Source of the DNA: a virus
Lineage: Duplodnaviria > Caudoviricetes
Length of the DNA stretch: 64,000 bases
Reading direction: 5' to 3' (one strand)
IMG/VR virus record: IMGVR_UViG_3300021964_010723
Shown here: one piece after another, positions 58,906 to 64,000 of the stretch
Layout: each line of letters starts with the position of its first letter
Numbering within the stretch: position 1 is the first letter of the stretch
Made by a program: the position numbers and the translations under genes
Notes under the pieces: model-generated
Database searches by the model: none
Told to the model about the DNA's origin: nothing
The model's input: only the letters and a program-made list of their open reading frames with translations

Positions 58906-59482
58906 AAGAACAGAACGATGGTTTTCAGATACACCTATAGAAGAAGAAAAAATTAAAATATTATGTAATATTATACCGTGTATTCCCGCTCAACAAGGAG
59001 AAGCAGATCATTTTTGGTTTTGTATTTCACGTAAAGAAATAAGACTTAGAACTTTTATTTCCGTTAATGTCTTTCAAAATAATAACGAAGATGGAAATTT
59101 TGGTTTTGGATCTGTTTATTCAGCTCCTTTTATGTTTCTCTCATGTGATAATCAAGCCAGTAGTTGTAATAATGCTTGTTTAAATATAGGGCTGCATACA
59201 GGCGTATTGCTTTCTGTTGCGCTTGAGCTAGGTTTAGATGTTGCTACAATAGGATGCACGGCTGGTTTTAATATAGATAAAGTTTCAGAGTTTAATACAC
59301 TCATAAGGCAACGTAGATCTATACCCGGAGCTAAAGAATTATATCCTGTTACAGCAGTTTGTGTTGGTTATAAAGATAGGAAATATGCTAATAGAAATTA
59401 TATTCAGATACATGGAAAATATGTTGCAACACAGTTATCTAAGCCCTATCGAAGGAAACCTAACAATTTTATAGGAAAATAA
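58877..59482 (+). CDS. Nitroreductase-fold (FMN-binding) protein, divergent
   Basis: RRTERWFSDTPIEEEKI resembles RxSxRxF. Also IPA (PS-like), GVLLSVALELGLDVATIG and VCVGY. Confidence 0.55.
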   Translation: MHILERWEARRTERWFSDTPIEEEKIKILCNIIPCIPAQQGEADHFWFCISRKEIRLRTFISVNVFQNNNEDGNFGFGSVYSAPFMFLSCDNQASSCNNACLNIGLHTGVLLSVALELGLDVATIGCTAGFNIDKVSEFNTLIRQRRSIPGAKELYPVTAVCVGYKDRKYANRNYIQIHGKYVATQLSKPYRRKPNNFIGK

Positions 59483-59483
59483 A

Positions 59484-60773
59484 ATGGATTATAAAGAAAA
59501 AGCATTGTCTAGTAGTACATTTTGTCTATTGCCTTTTATACATATGGCAACAAAAACTGACGGGGACTTAAAGTTATGTTGTAGAAGTTGGCCAATTGGT
59601 AATATATCTAAACAAAGTATAAAAAGTTTATGGAATGGTAATACATACAAAAGGGTAAGGATGCAAATGTTAAACAGTCAACGCCCTCCAGAATGTGATG
59701 CATGTTGGCGTCATGAAGACATAGGTGTCAGAAGTATGCGACAAAGATACAATAAATCAAGATCAGAGCAATACCTAAATACCTTAGATAATTTGTCAGA
59801 TAATTATACAATGCCTTTACAAATTCCTATAATAGAAGCCAAATTAAGTAACTTTTGTAATTTAAAATGTAGAATGTGTCATCCATTAGACAGTACAAGT
59901 TGGAGTAAGGATTGGAAAGCAATTGAGCATTTGATGAAGGATGCAAATGAAAGCACATATAAAAAAGTTATAGAATATGATTTAACAGAAAAACCTTATA
60001 TAAATGCTTATGAAAATAATAATGAATTTTGGAGTGAATTTAAAGAAATTGCTCCGTTTTTAGATAGGATAGAATTTGCAGGGGGAGAACCACTTATTGA
60101 TCCCGTGCATTATAAAATTTTACATATACTTAAAGATTATGGAGATAATATAGAAATTAAGTATTCTACAAATTTAACTAGATTGAATTACAAGAAAGAT
60201 GATGTAGAAGTGCTTTGGAATTACTTTAAATGTATTGATTTAAATATTAGTATTGACGGTATATATGATGTTTATAATTACATAAGACAGTTAGGTGATT
60301 ATAATATTGTAAAAGAAAATATAAAAAAAATATCTAATCATAAAAAATTGCGTTATATAGGCGCAGCTATTACTTTACAAATTTATAATAGTTTTCAAAT
60401 ACCTGCCATGTTTGACGAATTTGTAGAGGAATGTAATATTGACATACATACTCATAGAGTAAATTATCCTAAATTTTTAGATGCAAGGGTTATACCACAA
60501 GATATACGAAATAGTATTATAAAAGATCTAGAAAAATATATACATACTGTATCACAAAAAACCCATACAAATTGGACAAAAGAAAGGAAAAATAAGGCTA
60601 TATCTCATTTAGAGGACGCAATAGCTATGTTTAAAGGAGGAGATATGTCAGCGCAAATAAACAATTTTATAGAATTTAGCGATATATTAGATAAAAAACA
60701 AGAGGTTAAAAAGACGTGGAGAGAATTGCTGCCAATATTAGTAAAAGGTATTAATAAAAATGATCACAGCTAA
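59484..60773 (+). CDS. Radical SAM protein with N-terminal twitch/SPASM-like domain
   Basis: FCLLPFIH...LCC...CDAC; FCNLKCRMC, FAGGEPL, STN and SIDG. Confidence 0.9.
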   Translation: MDYKEKALSSSTFCLLPFIHMATKTDGDLKLCCRSWPIGNISKQSIKSLWNGNTYKRVRMQMLNSQRPPECDACWRHEDIGVRSMRQRYNKSRSEQYLNTLDNLSDNYTMPLQIPIIEAKLSNFCNLKCRMCHPLDSTSWSKDWKAIEHLMKDANESTYKKVIEYDLTEKPYINAYENNNEFWSEFKEIAPFLDRIEFAGGEPLIDPVHYKILHILKDYGDNIEIKYSTNLTRLNYKKDDVEVLWNYFKCIDLNISIDGIYDVYNYIRQLGDYNIVKENIKKISNHKKLRYIGAAITLQIYNSFQIPAMFDEFVEECNIDIHTHRVNYPKFLDARVIPQDIRNSIIKDLEKYIHTVSQKTHTNWTKERKNKAISHLEDAIAMFKGGDMSAQINNFIEFSDILDKKQEVKKTWRELLPILVKGINKNDHS

Positions 60774-62124
60774 ACAACAAAGAGAAATTTTGCAATTTGG
60801 TTCTGTTGCTGTAACCTATGTTGCAGAAAAAGAACATAGATACAGTGATAAAGTTTTTGCCAGACTTTGTAAAAATGTGGCAGAATATGATGTTATTCAT
60901 CTTATAAAAAATGGAATTGCAGCGTCTATAGAAAACAGTTTAGTAGATAGTCTAAAATTTGCAAAAGCATATGACAAAAAATTTCTTTTATATTGCCAAG
61001 TAGGAAATTTAATTATTTGGGAAGAGATTGCAGAGCATTTAAAAGAAATTTTATTATTAAATCCTACGGTAAAATTTATAGGACATATTTTACAGCATAA
61101 TAATAAAAGTTTTTATATTCATCCTCAATTTTTTTTAATAGATGTGAAATGGGCTATTAGTAACAAATGCGTTACCATTTGTAATGAGCATTCGGATATT
61201 AAGTGGGAAGGCCCGTTATTAAGCAGGAGTAAAGAAAATTTTCATGATAATTACACTCCTATTTGGGTGCAGGCTACAGGTAAATATAAAAATTTTGTTG
61301 GAAGAGGTAAAGGAGCAAATATTATTGATATATTGGCACGATCTGCTGCAGATTTTATGCCTTGGCAAGTGAATGTTAGAAAAAATAAAAAATTTTTGTA
61401 TCCTACAGTAAAACAAGAATTAATTAAACAAAAAAATGAGATTTTTGAGGAAATGTTGTTTACTAGACCGTATGTTGCTAATACAGAAAATATTACACCT
61501 AAAGCAATGTTATCAAACATAAATCCAAAAATAAAGTTTAATATATCTTTTTCTCCTGCTAGTGGAATATTTTGGTTTTTATTACCTTATTACTTAAAGG
61601 TCACGTCGTTTGTTTATGATTCGTCGCCATATGCACTACGTATGGTTGAAAAAATTAGAATGGATTGGAATGGTAGGAATTATAAAGAGTTTGTAATTAA
61701 AAATTTTTTAAACGAAAGTCCTAATATAGGTTTGTATGCCGCTCATACAGGACCATTTTTAGATCAAGCAAATGATCTGATTGATTCTTTAGGGGAGGAT
61801 TTTGTTAGATGGTGGCATAAAAATAATAAAGGTCCTTTACGACAAGTTAATTTATGTAATTTTTCTAATTTTCAAAGATTATTAGTAGATGATCATAAAA
61901 ATTTAAATGTTTTTTTTAATTTTTCTAATATTTTTCATTTTAGACCAGTAGCTGTTTTTAATAGTTTACAAGAAAGGGTTAATTTGCTGAAGGAGATAAG
62001 AAATTTTATGTTAGAAAATTATAAATTTGTACATTTTCTTGGTACATCTCCTATTGGAAAAGACAAGATAGATGGAGATATAATTGATGGAAAATTAGTT
62101 TGCCCCCTAAAATTATTCGAATAA
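60760..62124 (+). CDS. Hypothetical protein in the tailoring cluster
   Basis: 454 aa, overlap-coupled to the upstream radical SAM; no motif I can name with confidence. Confidence 0.55.
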   Translation: MITAKQQREILQFGSVAVTYVAEKEHRYSDKVFARLCKNVAEYDVIHLIKNGIAASIENSLVDSLKFAKAYDKKFLLYCQVGNLIIWEEIAEHLKEILLLNPTVKFIGHILQHNNKSFYIHPQFFLIDVKWAISNKCVTICNEHSDIKWEGPLLSRSKENFHDNYTPIWVQATGKYKNFVGRGKGANIIDILARSAADFMPWQVNVRKNKKFLYPTVKQELIKQKNEIFEEMLFTRPYVANTENITPKAMLSNINPKIKFNISFSPASGIFWFLLPYYLKVTSFVYDSSPYALRMVEKIRMDWNGRNYKEFVIKNFLNESPNIGLYAAHTGPFLDQANDLIDSLGEDFVRWWHKNNKGPLRQVNLCNFSNFQRLLVDDHKNLNVFFNFSNIFHFRPVAVFNSLQERVNLLKEIRNFMLENYKFVHFLGTSPIGKDKIDGDIIDGKLVCPLKLFE

Positions 62125-62127
62125 ATA
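62121..62127 (+). promoter_or_regulatory. Probable late promoter (ATAAATA)
   Basis: Overlaps the stop codon of the upstream gene; 6 nt before ATG 62134. Confidence 0.5.
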
Positions 62128-62133
62128 AAATAT

Positions 62134-62853
62134 ATGGATAAAAATATAATAGATTTATTTGAAAAGAACAAATCAATTGGTCATTATTCTAAAGGTGTGC
62201 CTGCCTTGCCAAAAGAAATGATTCCTTGGCAAGGCAATTATGATCAAGCTGCAATGTGGATATTAAAAAATAGTTATCTACCTACTTTACTTTTAGATTT
62301 AGAAATCCCATTTAATGAAATGCTTGCAGAATCTGTAACCAATGACGAATATTACGTAAAACATAGAGGTAATAGATCACCTGGGTGGTATAGCATGGCC
62401 ATACATGGAACTGCAGTTAACCATACCCAACCTGCAGAATATTATTACAAAAAAAATAAACCTAAATATGATTGGACTGATTTAGCAGAAAAATGTCCTA
62501 TTACAAAAGATTGGTTAAAAAGTTTAGAATTTGAATCTTTTAGTAGGGTTAGATTTATGAAATTATCTCCAGGAGGATGGATAGAACCACATCAAGATAC
62601 ACATATTGCAGGAATTCAGGCATGGAATGTTGCTTTGAATCATCCCCCAGGACATGAATTTGTAATGGACAATTATGGATTGGTTCCTTGGCAAGAAGGG
62701 CAAGTTAGAGGAATAGATATTAGTTCTTTGCACAGTGTAAGAAATGTAGGAAAAAAGGATAGAATACATATAATTATTCATGGCAGTATTGGAGATAAAT
62801 TTAAAAAGATAATTTGTAAAAGTTATTTAGATCTGTATGAAAAAACCTATTGA
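62134..62853 (+). CDS. 2OG-Fe(II) oxygenase, aspartyl/asparaginyl beta-hydroxylase-like
   Basis: SRVRFMKLSPGGWIEPHQD (HxD), then LHSVRNVGKKDRIHIIIHG (distal His and Arg). Confidence 0.8.
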   Translation: MDKNIIDLFEKNKSIGHYSKGVPALPKEMIPWQGNYDQAAMWILKNSYLPTLLLDLEIPFNEMLAESVTNDEYYVKHRGNRSPGWYSMAIHGTAVNHTQPAEYYYKKNKPKYDWTDLAEKCPITKDWLKSLEFESFSRVRFMKLSPGGWIEPHQDTHIAGIQAWNVALNHPPGHEFVMDNYGLVPWQEGQVRGIDISSLHSVRNVGKKDRIHIIIHGSIGDKFKKIICKSYLDLYEKTY

Positions 62854-64000
62854 TATTGTGTTGTTAAGCACACCAGTAATGGAAACAAGAGTGCCTGCGC
62901 CTGCAATTTATTATCTAAAAGGCGCATTAAATCCGCATGGATTTAAATCTCGTTGTTTTGACTTAGTAAGAGATAGTGAAGAAAAATTTGGTGTAGAAGA
63001 CAATAAGAAAATAAACAGTTTTTTGTTAGCTAATTGGCATGCTGGAATGCTTGTTGATGAAGATGATAGAAGTATTTATAATAAAATTTTTCAATATTAT
63101 AGAGAATATGTAAAAGAAAAAATATTATGTTTAAATCCTAAATACATTGGTGTGAGCGTTTTCAGTCAAAATAGTCAAAAATCAAGTCACATATTATGTA
63201 AAGCTTTGAAAGAATTTTTACCGCATACTAAAATTATTTTAGGAGGAACTGGGTTAGGTATTTCTATGGGCGGAAAAAAAGAGTTTGGATCTAATTTAAT
63301 CGATCAAGGCTTAGCTGATTATTTTATTGACGGAGAAGGCGAAATTGCTTTAGTTGAACTATTAAAAGGTAATTTAAACTATCCGGGAATAAATTCTACA
63401 GTCTATAAACAAATTGATAACATAAATGATTTGCCTTTTCCTGATTATAGTGATTACATGCAAGATTACGGTAATATTAATAAAATTACTTTGACAGGAT
63501 CTAGAGGGTGCGTAAGGCGTTGTAGTTTTTGTGATATAGGAGCATTTTGGAAAAAATTTAGATATAGATCTGGTGAAAATATTGCTGAAGAAATTATTAG
63601 AAATAAAGAATTGTATAAATCCCGAACGCACTTTTTTTCAGACAGTCTTATAAATGGAAGCATGAAAGCATTTAGAGATTTTTGTAATGTTATGGCAGAT
63701 TATCATAAAAAGTATCCAAGAGGGAAGGACCGAATTAGATGGGGAGGACAGTTCATAATAAGGAGTGAAATGCAGAGTCCTGCAGAAGATTATGAATTAA
63801 TGCGTAGAGCAGGTATGTCTTGGGCTAGCATAGGAATAGAGAGTGCAAGTGAAAAAGTTAGAGATCATATGGATAAACAATTTAGTAATACAGATATGTA
63901 TTTTAGTATTGATAGATTAATAGAGAATGACATACCTGTTACTGCTATGTTTATAGTAGGCTATCCTACAGAGACTGAGGAAGAATTTAAAGAAAATATA
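62837..64000 (+). CDS. Cobalamin-binding radical SAM protein (class B methyltransferase-like), truncated by the window end (not in the ORF track)
   Basis: ATG 62837 gives MKKPIDIVLLSTPVMETRVPAPAIYYLKGAL..., then IGVSVFS, IILGGTG, DGEGE, DLPFPDY, TGSRGCVRRCSFCD (CxxxCxxC), FFSDSLING and IGIESAS. No stop to 64000. Confidence 0.85.
   Translation, partial: MKKPIDIVLLSTPVMETRVPAPAIYYLKGALNPHGFKSRCFDLVRDSEEKFGVEDNKKINSFLLANWHAGMLVDEDDRSIYNKIFQYYREYVKEKILCLNPKYIGVSVFSQNSQKSSHILCKALKEFLPHTKIILGGTGLGISMGGKKEFGSNLIDQGLADYFIDGEGEIALVELLKGNLNYPGINSTVYKQIDNINDLPFPDYSDYMQDYGNINKITLTGSRGCVRRCSFCDIGAFWKKFRYRSGENIAEEIIRNKELYKSRTHFFSDSLINGSMKAFRDFCNVMADYHKKYPRGKDRIRWGGQFIIRSEMQSPAEDYELMRRAGMSWASIGIESASEKVRDHMDKQFSNTDMYFSIDRLIENDIPVTAMFIVGYPTETEEEFKENI

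Noticed and set aside
51768-60773. Assigning the radical SAMs to known pathways (MoaA, QueE, PqqE, NirJ, anSME)
   Set aside because: No partner genes of those pathways (moaC, queC/D, pqqA-D, sulfatase) are present, and the architectures differ. A specific gene name is not supportable.
796-63663. Many short antisense or nested ORFs in the track (e.g. 796, 1467, 3866, 7570, 8456, 10746, 12480, 14843, 17636, 33125, 39949, 43348, 51430, 63374, 63466)
   Set aside because: They lie inside longer genes with recognisable motifs, have the Leu/Phe/Ser/Ile-rich composition typical of shadow frames in AT-rich DNA, and lack SDs or motifs.
1-64000. Alternative genetic code (stop-codon recoding, as in some jumbo phages)
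   Set aside because: Very long ORFs (up to 5450 aa) are intact in code 11, and TAA, TGA and TAG all end genes at sensible positions.

Overview
This window is a 64-kb segment of a large, AT-rich, T4-related (jumbo-type) myophage genome, not a bacterial chromosome. It reads in the standard genetic code. (1) 1-7851 is a head/tail morphogenesis block, mostly on the minus strand: partial prohead scaffold, small head-associated ORFs, gp20-like portal, tape-measure-like protein, a divergent gp26/gp51-like pair and a putative head-internal protein. (2) 7880-8265 is a ~390-nt non-coding, densely hairpinned element. (3) 8271-12532 is a minus-strand operon behind a near-perfect sigma70 promoter: Hjc-like resolvase, gp46/gp47 and a gp55-like late sigma factor. 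(4) 12607-45806 is a plus-strand baseplate and tail-fibre module (gp48/54, gp53, gp27-like, gp5, gp25, gp6, a giant 5450-aa gp7-like mosaic protein, four fibre proteins) with T4-like (T)ATAAATA late promoters. (5) 45819-64000 is a tightly coupled ~18-kb tailoring-enzyme cluster: glycosyltransferase-like proteins, a GT-GT-methyltransferase fusion, an SGNH hydrolase, seven radical SAM/SPASM-type enzymes, a nitroreductase-fold protein, a 2OG-Fe(II) hydroxylase and a cobalamin-dependent radical SAM cut off at the window end. The best candidates for undescribed biology are the radical-SAM/glycosylation cluster, a probable lambda-G/GT-style -1 frameshift joining the gp26- and gp51-like ORFs, and the structured non-coding element. 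All family assignments come from motif recognition by eye; no database searches were run.
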